Source of the DNA: Parasitella parasitica NRRL 2501
Taxonomy: Eukaryota > Fungi > Mucoromycota
Assembly (NCBI GenBank): GCA_025201805.1
Contig: MU619286.1
Location: 112,678-176,677, forward strand
Length of the DNA stretch: 64,000 nt
Direction: 5' to 3'
Part shown: positions 1 to 12,030 of the stretch, one piece after another
How the letters are laid out: every line of letters starts with the position of its first letter
How positions within the stretch are numbered: position 1 is the first letter of the stretch
Notes under the pieces: generated by a model
Told to the model about the DNA's origin: nothing
What the model saw: only the letters and a program-made list of their open reading frames with translations
Databases searched by the model: none
Made by a program: the position numbers and the translations under genes

Positions 1-400
1 AGAAATCTTGCACTTGTAACCCAGATGTGCCCATGTGCAAACCTTGTCATGACAGACATATACAAGAAGTTTGGTCTCGCCAACAGCTCTTGAATAATTC
101 TACATTAGCTTAAGTATATTTCTATAAATTTTTTTTTTATAAATTGTTATACACTATACAAATTATATATAATCGAAAAGTCGGCCCATTTGGGCTGATT
201 AAAATCGGGCAAAACAGCCTCCGGAAAATCAATCCCTGATAGCTCAATTTTCACTTTTTTCAAACAAAATCAATTAGATCGCTGACAAGAACACCCATTT
301 CAATATTAAAAAGAGTTTTTAGCATGTTATCTTCAATTTCTGTGGAGGAATTTATTATGGAAGGGTCGGCCCAAATGGGCCGATCGGGGTAATCCCAACT
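1..400 (+). mobile_element. 3' end of a probable piggyBac-like DNA transposon (Cys-rich C-terminus plus subterminal palindromes)
   Basis: Frame 3..113 reads KSCTCNPDVPMCKPCHDRHIQEVW...*, resembling the piggyBac C-terminal Cys-rich domain. TCGGCCCATTTGGGC (181-195) recurs inverted within the palindrome TCGGCCCA-AA-TGGGCCGA (366-383). No clean GGG-TTAA terminus. Confidence 0.45.
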
Positions 401-574
401 TGATAATAAATACCCTATATTCTGCATTATGATATAATCACCTGTAGGCTCTTTATTTATTTTTTATTGTTCGTTATTTATGGAATGGTTGCTATATTGA
501 TACAGATAATTTATCAAGACGCTCTTATAAAATTGATCAAAATAAAGAAAACGTTTATTACATTTAAAATAGAG

Positions 575-710
575 GGTTTATATACTTTCTGCGAGCTGAA
601 GGGAGCGATGCGGTGAGGATAAAGGCTTTAGTGATGAGATCTGGGAGGTAGGGTAGATTATATCTATCCCAAATTCATGGCATATTCAATTTCTAATCTG
701 AAGTTTACTT
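575..710. repeat. Dispersed repeat, copy 1 (inverted homolog at ~22803-22975)
   Basis: GTGAGGATAAAGGCTTTAGTGATGAGATCTGGGAGGTAGGGTAGATTATATCTATC matches the reverse complement of ~22890-22950 (GTGAGGATAAAGGTTTTAGTGATGAGATTCAGGAGACAGGGTAGATTATATCTATC). Confidence 0.8.
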
Positions 711-1578
711 TTTTGATGCAAGTTTATATTATACTGACGTAGCAATTATGAGGAAATAACTCTCAGATGTAAATCCATATATTTTAATTGCTATTTTTTG
801 TAGACTTCTTTGGAATGAAGCCAGACCCTTACACGAAATTGGATGGTTATATTACTTTCGTTATGCATTCAATTGAATTGAATATGGAATGGTTTTCTGT
901 TAACTTTACTCTATCATGAACCCCTGTTAATATATATAATCATACAACGACCCATTTACATTGAGGTTGTTACTGCTTGTATCATATGCAATGCGATAAA
1001 CACTTCACCAAGCACGTAGGCAACCTGCAAGTTCATTTGAAATGTGCCTATACCCCTGAAGTTTATTTAATAAATATTGCAGAAACGAAACAATTTACAA
1101 TTCAATGTTTTCATGAGATCATAACATATTGTGTTTAAACGGGCGAAATGTTTAAATAAAGTCTATCACTTTGAATATTGTCCAAGGTGCCTGATAGGAA
1201 ATGAACTGCTCACGTTTTCAATCAAGGGGTGATACATATTGAATGAACAGCAGTGATAGCAGTTCTTTTCTTATAATTGTACTCACATTAAATGATGACA
1301 AAGGCAATTAAACCACATACAATAGCAATTGGTAATTAAATCCAGAAACATAATATGTTATTATTCTGGAAAATGCTACTTTTCCTGGTATTCATATTAA
1401 AATAGTTCGTCTTCTTGGTTAAATACTTGGTCTGATACATTTTTGTAAAAAAAAAAAAAAAAAAAAAGACCATGAAAATCGGTAAGATTAATGGAATTTC
1501 CAGATGATATTATAGAAGAAATCAATGTATCATGTACTACATTTAGCAAAAATCAGGAGGCCACGACACAAGTAAATA

Positions 1579-2700
1579 TTAATCTTCCAATATTGATGAG
1601 ACTTCCGATGATTCTTTTCTATTACTGTTTCTTCTTTTATAGTGCTCTCTTGTAGAAGCTACAGCCTTTTCGTTTGAATCGTAATATTTGACAATCATGT
1701 AGACCATGGTTACATTGATACTTGCTGACAGTAAAAGACAATTTGATTGTGGGCAAATGCTCATTTGGTATCCTGTTAATGTGATACCTGCAATAAATTG
1801 AATAATTTCAAAGAACAGGGCAATATTCTTTTTGTACATTTTTAGCTGCAAGAATTATATTGAACAAAAAACAAACCTTGAGCCATGCTGTCATAACCAT
1901 ATTTGTGCAGTTGGAAAAGTAGTAGCAATACCTAAATATCTGCACAAAACTGATGATCGCTGTCGCTAGACTTCAAGCAAGTTACTTCCAACAGCTGCCC
2001 AGATCTCTTCACACATTTGCTTTACCTTCCAAATATACTTTGATCTTGTATCCATGACCAGAACATGAGAATGACAAACATATGCTGATACCAGTGCAAA
2101 AAAGGTATTGATTTCTATAAAAAACATCATGTCAGTAACACCTGTTGATTCGGAAAAACATGCTTTTACCTTTCTTAGTGCTAGAATGACAGTATCGAAA
2201 AAGACATAATATCGTAACAGGTAGCATACGTACATCGAATAAAACATTTTGCCGCCATATTGATTAAAATTAGGATACTGCGCCGCATGGCAGTAAGACA
2301 ATGCCCCTGGCTGATGTCTCTGTGCAAAAGAAATGTAATTCAGTTTAAACAAGCCAGGCATTACGTTCTTTGCCAACACATTACCACCATCTTCCAGGTA
2401 GAAATTGAAGAATTAAACCATAAATACGTGCTAAAAATGACCATCGAGCAGTTGTAAAACTTCAATATCTTGTGAGATCTGTCAATTCTAGTTCTTTCTG
2501 CCATATGCCAACGCACAGATATGATGACTATGAAATAAGCTACCCAGCTTGCATAAATAACCTATGCGGATTTTAGTCGAGTAACATGACAATGCTTTTA
2601 TTCAACCTACACTAAGGTCAGACATTGGAGTTGATCCATATATCCATTTAAATTCACTAGATATTGTTGGATTCAAATGATTCCAGTTCCAGATAAACAT
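1579..2700 (-). CDS. GNS1/SUR4 (ELO) fatty-acid elongase family protein with non-canonical His motifs, ~6 exons
   Basis: Spliced translation: MFIWNW..FKWIYGSTPMS..YFIVIISVRWHMAER..FYN, YLLRYYVFFDTVILALRK|KSIPFLHWYQH, ISFVQIFRYCYY, EIIQFIAG. These are the ELO motifs in the usual order. Confidence 0.8.
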
Positions 2701-3171
2701 TGCGTTTAGGATAAAAGAAGAAAAAAGGTGGTTCACTCACATCGGTTTGGTTTATTCTTTCATAGTGTCATTTTATGATCGGCCTAGCTGACGGTCAAGT
2801 CTTGATTAAAATAAGGGGAGACCTTTCATTGACAGGCAATATTAATTATCTCTAGGATAAACCAGGGCGGTGCATTTGGGTCATTAAAAGTACAAATTAC
2901 AAGTTACACCAGCCATTATACAGTTTATTCTACCAATGTTTTCTGTTTTTTTAATTGAAGTTAATATATAGCAAAGAAATGCTGGAAGGAGCAGAAAAAG
3001 ATAGAATCCCAAGAAAAAGAAGTACATAATATATTGAATGGTATCACAGGCGATTCATATAAAATCCACAGTATGTCAACGTCTGTCGATGGACCTTCTC
3101 TCTTCCCTTTCCTTGATATAACCAGTTTACTTAAGACAAACCCCCCACACCATTCCTTACCTGTTATTTGA

Positions 3172-4768
3172 ATGCAAATAATAAAACCACTTTTCGCTGT
3201 AGCTGTTGCTTCCACGGTTTCAGCATTGAATTTAAGAAGCGGCATTGCCATTGTCCACAGAAACTTGTCGATTCCTGCCAACGTCAATTTTGCTGCTAGT
3301 TATTTAGCACCTTTTGCACCTGAAGATGCTGTTGAGCAACCTTTCAACTTGATTGATGACCATGAAGATATGATAATTAACCATCAAGGCGCTTTTGTTT
3401 CCTTAAGAAAAAGAGGTGATGATTGTCAAAAATACCACAAGGCTGTTTCAGGTGATAATTGTTACACATTGGCACTTAAATACAGTGTCGCTGAAAAGAG
3501 CCTTCATGCTTGGAATGAGCAAATCAACCCTGGATGTACCAATCTATACATTGGAAAATCGTATTGCGTCAGAAAGGAAGACGAAATGGTTTTGGAAACT
3601 GAATGCGCCAAAACTTATGTTGGTATGAACACATGTTATGGCGACTATCTTGTATGATTTTACTAACTAACGGAAACAATAGTCCAGAGCGTTGATACTT
3701 GCATCTCTGTCTCAAAAGCCCATGGAATTGAATTGGATACGTTTTATAACATGAACCCCTCAATCAACAAAGGCTCTTGTGGTAATTTGTTAACTGGTGG
3801 TTCTTACTGTGTCAAAGAATCAATCAAGAGCGTTGCCGATACCATTGTCAATAAAGCCGCGAAAAAGCTTGATATTAGCACTTCCAGGCGTCGTAATACC
3901 AAAAAGAAATCTCGTTCTACAAGAACTGCTTCAAATCGTCCTACCAAACATTCTCAGAAATCAAAGAAAGCTAATGTTACTACTACTGCTACTACTACTG
4001 CTACTACTACTGCTACTACTACTACAACAACTACTACTACTGTTATTACTACTACCAATAGACGGACCACCACCACTACTCATCGAGCTACTACCACCAA
4101 AAAAGAAAAAGAGGCAAAGGCTACTAGCACATCTGAAAAGAAGAATAGCCGCAAACTGCTCCAAAAAGGATCTGATTTGACTTATTACTGGATTGCTCAC
4201 CCAGATGATTATGATCATGATGGTAAATCTGTTACTGTCAGGACCTGTGATGGCGATAGTCTTGGTACTGTCTCTGAGGAATACGCGGATGCGCTGGTCA
4301 TGGAGGGCACTGGCATTGTTGGCAACAAGGTCATTAATCTTGGTGGCTGTTCTTGTAATAATTATAAATGTTTTATGGAGGTTGACAAAAAGGAGGATCC
4401 CTATGGGCTAACCTCCTTTGGTAGCCCTCTTCGTCCGTTCATAACAGTGGCTGCTAATGATATCAAGAGGAATACAAAGATCTTTGTTCCTTCCATTGTT
4501 GGATGGGAAATTCCTGGCAGTTCCAAGAAACACAATGGCTGCTTACTTGTTGATGGTAAGGATATTTTAATTGCTTAATTTAACAATGTAGCACAGCACT
4601 AACCTTCTTGGATGTGATGCTATAGATCGCAGTTGGAGTTTTGATAGTAACCACATTGACTTTTATGTTTATCGTGAAAAGAATTATCGTTCCTTAAATG
4701 GTGAACACAAGGTCAGCTCTATCGACGTCTATGAGGGTGGTGATTGTAATCTACTCAATTACATCTAA
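3172..4768 (+). CDS. Secreted protein: signal peptide, 2x Cys-containing LysM (CBM50), Thr/Lys-rich linker, C-terminal 3D (MltA-like double-psi beta-barrel) domain
   Basis: Exons 3172-3622, 3683-4555, 4626-4768. LysM1 CQKYHKAVSGDNC..WNEQINPGCTNLYIGKSYCV; LysM2 CAKTYVVQSVDTC..MNPSINKGSCGNLLTGGSYCV. C-domain TYYW..MEGTG..CF..PYG..LRPFITVAAND..HNGCLLVDDRS..HIDFYV. Confidence 0.85.
3977..4098 (+). repeat. (ACT)n-type trinucleotide repeat encoding a poly-Thr linker
   Basis: ACTACTACTGCTACTACT... in frame within the LysM gene. Confidence 0.9.
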
Positions 4769-4789
4769 ATTCTAGCAACCTTTATTGTA

Positions 4790-6036
4790 TTAAGCATATA
4801 TAGTTTCCCCAAATGATGTTGTGATAAAACGGCTTGATCCATCTTCTATTTTGCTATATAATTCAGACAGTTGCTGCGTAGGCGATAAATAAGGCTCGTT
4901 GGATTTCATAAATGTGCCCCAGTGTATCCCGATAGATATTCTGGGTGATCCTAAATCAAAGTGTGCCTGGATTGCCTCTTTGGGATTCATGTAATTCGAT
5001 TTGAACATGGTTTCTGGTTCAAACGTGCCAATGGGCAAGGCTGCAAAAGTAAACGGGGAATAGATGTCTCGTATAGATTGGAATAATTCAGGAACATAGC
5101 CTGTGTCACCACTGCACAAATTGTCAGCTATTATCATTGTGTTATCAATAAACCACATTCATGTCTCACCAAAAAAGAATCCTCTCACTCTGACTCTTGA
5201 TTACAAAACTGCACCACAAAGACTCTTCCTTGTTACTTGTATGCATGGAGGGTACACTGGCTATTACAAGATCTGAACGTCCCTTATGGTGCATTTCTTG
5301 CCACCAGTCTAGTTCTATAACATTGTCGACTCCCTTTTTATTGAACCACTGCCTTAAGCCCAAGGGTATATACCAAGTGGCATTGTTTCCTAGTTGCTCC
5401 ACAGCCTTTTCATCCAAATGGTCGAAATGCTGATGTGATACGAGTACAATATCTATCCTGCCAATTTCACTCAGTGGACAGGGTGGCGGTCTGAGACGTT
5501 TAGAGTGCTCAAAAACAGGATCTGTCAATATCTTGAGTCCTTCCATAGTAATCAGACACGTAGACTGGCCGAGCCAAGTCAGGCTTGTGCTGTTGCAGTT
5601 GAATTCGGGCTTTACGATGGGCAATGCATCGACGAGTTCCTTTAAAAAAAAATTGTTAGTGTTTATATGTGCTACAATCGCTACAACCTACTTGTTCGAT
5701 TTTTGGTATTTGATTGTTGTTATTGATACCGAACCAGTAAAGCAACGAATTCAAGAGAGAGGTACTAGGCTGCCTCCACTCACTGAATGGATTCACATAG
5801 TGGTTTTCTATCTTCAGGCTGGCAAACTTGTCTTGCTTTCTCTTTAAACGTCTGCGTTTATGTACAACCTGCTGTCGAATGGCTTCTTTGAGGTCGGATT
5901 TGTGTGATGCCTGTAGTGAATAATATAACATAGCACTTGCCCCTACTGTTGCAATGAGCGTAGGAATGGTATATGGGTGGTCAAACGGTATAGGAAAGTT
6001 AACAAAGGATAATCGTTTATTGTTTGATACAGGCAT
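4790..6036 (-). CDS. NAPEPLD: NAPE-phospholipase D-like metallo-beta-lactamase
   Basis: YVNPFSEW, TWLGQSTC, LTDPVF, SHQHFDHLD (HxHxDH), ELDWW, GDTGY, LPIGTFEP, IHWGTF across 3 exons. Confidence 0.9.
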
Positions 6037-6163
6037 CTGGCGAAAAGTAGGGTGAGAAAAAGAAGTAGAAAAAAAAAAAAAAAAAAAAAATAGAGGATAT
6101 AAATTGCACAAAGTTAAAGCGTACTTATACATAGCAGTGCATCTAGCCCAACCCATTAGCCAA

Positions 6164-6899
6164 TCAATCAACGGTATCAAAGTCATCCTTAATGCCAAAT
6201 GTTTGATCAAACAACTGTCTTTCCATGCCAAACCTGTTGACACAGTACGATTGCATTTCCCAGATACTCTCTGTCCATCGATTAGCTGCTTCTTTGGCAA
6301 TTTGAGACGCTTTCTCTTTCTTGTGGTATAGTTCTGGATCGTTCTCTGCGTACTTGTGCAGTTCCAGTTGTAGTTCCTTGCTTAGGTCCTGCTCTTGTTT
6401 CAGCTCGGCAAGCAATTGACTTCTTTCTACGCTTTCTTGGCGATCGTCTGCTGCTTCCTTGATGCAATCATCCAGTTTCTTTTTTCGTTCCTCTTGTTTA
6501 TGGACATTTTGGCGCAAATCGTCCAATTTAGTGCGCTTCGTTTGGATGGCTGCGGAAGGGAATGACCAGAAGTAGTTTGATGTGCCAATTTTGTCTGTCA
6601 TAACTAACCCATCATCCACGAGACTCATAAGAATATCTTTGATAGACTGAGATGTAACGCCTTTTTTGACGCCTAGTTTTTCTATATCCTTTAGCTGATA
6701 GAATTCACCCTAAACACCAAATTGATAATGCTGTCATAAAAAAAAAGCTTTCTTCACTCACACTTTCATGAAACAAGCTCTCGATACGCTTTCTTTTTTC
6801 ATCGACTGAGAGGCCTTTCTATATCATGTCGAGTGCGCTAAAGTTAAAAAAAATGGAAGATGTATCGTCAGATGAACTTGGGTTCATAATTACCACCAT
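6164..6899 (-). CDS. MND1: Meiotic nuclear division protein 1
   Basis: KGLSVDEKRKR, EFYQLKDIEK, SLVDDGLVMTDKIGTSNYFWSFPS, AANRWTESI. The first micro-exon (ATG GTG|gtaatt) is inferred. Confidence 0.92.
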
Positions 6900-7223
6900 T
6901 CCTATAATTTCGGTAGAAGCAAGAAAAGAGAAGAAGGCTTTACCACCGAAAATGTCGACTGGTGAAAACTCCTTTTGTTGGCCGCACTGACTAATCCACC
7001 ATTCAGGCTATTTATGTAGATCAAAGCCAGAAACTTACGGTACACTGCTAATCCGAGTGATAACATATGCCATCAAGGCTCTAGGCGTGGCCTTTATGAA
7101 AAATGCCATGTCTATTGCTAAAGAGTGATTCGATCATTGAATCGTTTTATAATACAAGTGATGATTTATTTATTCGCTTGAATAGACAGATATGAATTAA
7201 CCGAAATGCAGCAGTAATTTAGC

Positions 7224-8153
7224 TTAGCTTGATGCGGTGTTGATGATGGAGGCAGGAGTAGTAGAATGCTCAACTGATCCAGAAGCATCAGGAGTTGTAC
7301 TGTTAGCATCAGCAAAGTAAGGCTCAACACCAATGCATTCAGACACAGTAACAAATTCATATCCCTTCTGCTTGACATATTGAACGAACCATGGAACCAG
7401 CGTTTCAACAGTATCTTGATGGATATCATGTTCAAGGGCAATATGACCCATAGTCTTGTTTGCAACATCTTTATCCATAACCTCTCGAATGCGAGCTTGT
7501 TCTGCCTTCAAGCCCTTATGCTCCCAATCTTTGGTATCGACATCCCACATGATATCGTAGTAGCCAAGTTCGCTGAGAACTCTGCTAGAAACGTCATCAA
7601 CGACACCTTCTGGAGGTCTCATAAGACGAACTCTTTTACCGATAGCCTTGTAGATAATGTCAGATTGCTTGTTCATTTGTTCCTTGACTTGTTCTTCAGA
7701 AAGACCAACAAGATTCATGTGCTTCAATGTGTGGCTGGCAACTTCATGGCCTGAATCATAATAGTGCTTGATAACTTCCAAGTAGCTCTTTTCTCCCTCA
7801 TCAGTCAGGGTGGAATCAGTAAGGACATTGCTGAAGAACAATAAAAAAAGGAGAATAAGTGAATGAGACAAATCTTGATCAAACTCTATTGTAACCTACA
7901 CCGAATTCTCACCATTGAGAAAAAAGGTAGCCTTTATGCCTTGATCCTTTAATGATTTTGCTAATCCCCACGAAAACTTGTCTGGTCCGTCGTCAAATGT
8001 CAAGGCAAATATACCAGGCCTGTTGCAGTGAGTAAACACCTCTACTTTATCGCCATTGTTGGTAGGCACAGCAGATGAGGTGGTAGTATAAGGACGACCC
8101 GCAACCAAAGAAGCAGTATAGGCTAAAGTGAGTAATAACGTGGTAGAACGCAT
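7224..8153 (-). CDS. Secreted CE4 polysaccharide/chitin deacetylase
   Basis: Signal peptide MRSTTLLLTLAY; motifs TFDDGP, HTLKH, RPPEG, DTKDW, LEHD; one intron. Confidence 0.92.
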
Positions 8154-8519
8154 ATTAATGTTGAATACGTTCAATTCAATTAGAATGGCTGCTGCTTGGT
8201 TCTTTTATTTATAGGAAATTCAATTATATGATCTGATCTATTCCATAAAATTATCAGGGTGTCTCCGATCAAGTTATTTATAATTGAAGAGATCATGGAA
8301 TTCCATGTATACAGCCTGAATCTTTCAACGGAATAAAAAATCTGAAACTCACCCTATGGCTTTTAATACTACCATCAAATTGTGAACGACTGTATATTAT
8401 ATATATATTTATTTTTAGTGATTTCTTTTATTATAATTATTGCATATGTGTATCAATAAATGGCATGTGAAACAGTGATGAAATATATATTATGAACAAT
8501 TGCATGGCAGGCAAGAGTA

Positions 8520-9452
8520 TTATTGGTAGGCGGCAACACCTAAACATTCGGACACGGTAACAAACTTATATTTCTTTGACTTGACATATTTGATAGCCCA
8601 AGGAGCGAGACCATTAACCGTTTGGTCAAAAACCTCATGCTCAAGTGCGATGTGGCCAAGAGTTGAGGATGTGTCTTTGTCCATAATCTGGTAGGCAATC
8701 TTTTCTTGCGATAAATTATGCGTTAGCCAATCTTGTGTATCAATGTCCCATGTCACTACACTGTATCCAAGCTTTCTCAAAACCTTCAAACTATTTGCAT
8801 CGTATGAACCAGCAGGAGGACGCATAATAGCGGGTCTAACACCAGCAGCCTTATATATAATTTTTGATTGGGTGTTCATTTGATACTCAATTTCAGCTTC
8901 ACTAAGACCAGCCAATTCCTTGTGTTCATATGTATGGCTGGCAATTTCATGACCCATATCCTTGAAATGCTTGATAACTTCCATATAAGTCTTCATACCC
9001 TCAGATGTAGTAATGCTATCGGTTTCAACGTTTACCCAATTCTTTCCGTTGATGAAAAATGTCGCAGAGATGCCTTGCTTTTTCAAGGATTTTGCCAAAT
9101 CCCAAGAGTACTGATAAGGTCCATCATCAAATGTCAGTGCAAATACGCCAGGTTTAGAACAAGAAACATAAACACCATCTCGAACGTTTTTACCAGTGGG
9201 AGCACGAACAGAGGCCACAGTAACGGGCTTACTAGAAGCATTAACTGTATTTGTAGAAGTTGTGGAAGATCGTTCAACAATGTGATTGTATCTGGAAGCC
9301 AAAGATGCACTAGCAGATTCTTGACGCTAAAAATACACATGTTATTATTTTTAGCGCTTCTAGCGTTGTGTTGAATCACTTACTGTGTTTAAAGGCATTG
9401 CCATGGCAACAGTTGAAGCCATTATGAAGGAAGCAATAAGAGAAAGACGCAT
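8520..9452 (-). CDS. Secreted CE4 polysaccharide/chitin deacetylase (tandem paralog)
   Basis: Signal peptide MRLSLIASFIMAST; motifs TFDDGP, HTYEH, RPPAG, DTQDW, LEHE; one intron near the 5' end. Confidence 0.92.
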
Positions 9453-12030
9453 TTTGATGTTCAGAAAATGCTTTGATATACAAGCGAAAGAAAAAGGATG
9501 TTAAATGCGCTTGCACAAGACCACATTTATATGCATGAGTTTTCAAATGGTGGTTTCCAGGACTCGTTAGGATTGAACCTTATCCTTTTCCAAATAAAGA
9601 ATGATCACCCAAAGTTGATAATTGCTCTTGATATAGAATAAAGCTGGAGATGTAGAGTATATGGATTAACTGGAAATGTAACATTATATCATATGTAATC
9701 TTTTACATGAGCATTAATTGAATTAGAATACATTTCAATGTGAAAGCACTGGCCAGTACTTGTGCTTGATACGCAATTCCGGGAATACATGGCTCCGAGC
9801 TGTCAAATGTGGTACTTTTTAAAGTCAATCTGTCATAACATTCTCGATTATGTGATCATATAAATAACTTGTAGGAGCCATGGCAGCAAAATCAATGAAA
9901 TAAACGCTTGGTTCCTTGGTTATTATATATGAGTACACTATCCATATTTAAACAGGAAGCATGTATTCTGTAAACAAGCATGCAAACATATTAAATATAT
10001 ACATCAATCTGGGTATCACACATAGTGATCGGCTCGTTTGTTGGTTATGGTAAACTTAACTAAAAACTGGATTCATCTCCTTAAAAAAAATTATGGTAAA
10101 CGTGAGCCCGCAAATCACCAATTTAACAAGTTCTGAAAGACAAATACATAACTCTCCTTCTTTCAGCAGTATCTTGCATGCTGTTGCGTTATCAAAATTA
10201 TTTTTAACATGCATGATGCGCTTTAATTACGCTTAATCTATTAACAGAAAAAAGCATTCTTTATTAGGCAACAGACATTGAGATAAAAAAAGGAGCTAAA
10301 AACAGATCCATTGAAAAAAAGTGTCAAGGTACAGTAATTTAAGTTTGAACCCATAATTTTTGGAGCATAGAGGTAGAGTTTATCGTTTACCTAACGGGAT
10401 TTGGCAAGCTGTAAAGTGCCTTGACTACTGGTAAAAATGTTTGACCATCAAAAGGTATCGCCTACGAAGGCTTTCTTTTTTTGTGCAATATACAATGTCG
10501 CTTAAAGCTAATGTTGAGCTTGTAACTGCATTTGATAAGAAAAATAAAATAAAATAAAAAAGTAGTAATATATTCCTAATCTAACACTCTACTGGAAGTC
10601 GAATGAAATTCTCAATCCTATTAATCAAGTACTAACGCTGAAAGCAATAAAATACTGTGTATTTGTGTATGAAAGATGCAATTACTTACTAATTGTATTG
10701 AAATTGCTAACAAATAATGCCTTGGCTCAAACAAAATTGAAGTAAATACACATTTTGTTGGGCAGAAAAATGCCTGATTCTTCTTTCTGATTTGAGTATC
10801 AAACCTATTGGTACTCAAACTTTATAAATCCAGATAACAAAAGGTTTTCTTTCTATTGCAATATAGAAAATCAAACTATTAATTAGCTTAGTGAAGCTAC
10901 GATACAAGAGCTACTACTATTTCTTGGTACAGACATGACATTAAGAGCTTCTTGATGAATTTGCTGAGGCATACAAAATAAATAGCACTTTCACAGTTGT
11001 CCATGTGAAGGCTGTAGACCTATTTCGTATTCTTCATTTGACTTTTTTTTTTATGGCTATGAATAGTTTCTTGATTTAGTTCACTCTTGTCTTTCGTCTT
11101 CATATAGTGTACAGAAAGCGTCTAATTAGCAGCAACTCCAAATTTTGCGCTTGTAATGTGTTAAAATGGGCAATTACCACAAACAGATCCTTGGAGTCTT
11201 TGACTGAAATAAAATTAGCCTCTAATGAGGTATTGGAGAATATATTTTTTTTTACTACAAAGACAAGCACTGCAGTTGAAACATTTATACACTTGAATGC
11301 CAATAGTTTCTATTGCATTTCTACTAGACAAATACTTTTTATTCTCGAAACATTGTATTTTCAAACGCAAAGCACTGTATTTTTGCAGAGCACTGCCATT
11401 TACCTTTAAAAATGCATTGAGTCCTTGTCGATTAAACTTGCGAAACAGAGTAGAAAATGCAAGAGCTTGGAGATAGAATCATGTATTGTAAGCAATCCAG
11501 ACAGAAGGGACCTTACAAAGAGCGATTGAATGAACTTGTAGCTAGTGAGAAGCTCCTCAAGATCATGTACCTATCAGCATGAATGTAAAGTGTAAGGGAC
11601 GTCGTGACAGTTGTTTCTGATGAAGGCAAACGGAATCATTGCTTGACATTGAATTNNNNNNNNNNNNNNNNNNNNNNNNNNNNNNNNNNNNNNNNNNNNN
11701 NNNNNNNNNNNNNNNNNNNNNNNNNNNNNNAAAAACCACCCAAAGGATACACAGCTCTTTTCCACTTGTTATAGCATTATATGAATACATCTCAAGCGGC
11801 AGAAGCAGGTAAAGCCGGGTTTATTTTTAATTTTTTTTTTTTTTTGGGGGAAAAACTTGATTTAAAAGTCAAATATTGACAAGTTGCAACCAACATTTAG
11901 GAACAAAAGATCCACTTGTCATTACTTCTGAAGAAGCAATCCCCAGTCCAAGGTAAAAAAGCTGAATATATGTGTATATTGATCAAGCTTTAAAACACAC
12001 TATTGCAGATTCAGTACCCCTCAATCCAAC

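Noticed and set aside
3797-4218. Poly-Leu and poly-Ser ORFs
   Set aside because: Alternative frames of the (ACT)n poly-Thr linker.
6853-7128. Possible small spliced plus-strand ORF (MSTG|YLCRSK...)
   Set aside because: No recognisable homology, a marginal 45-nt intron, and overlap with the MND1 promoter; not supportable.
9398-9411. X-box-like ATTGCCATGGCAAC
   Set aside because: Lies within the CE4 signal-peptide coding sequence and is explained by codons.
10600-11655. Coding-like fragments in a gene-free region
   Set aside because: Short, stop-ridden and with no recognisable motif; possibly decayed TE but unassignable.
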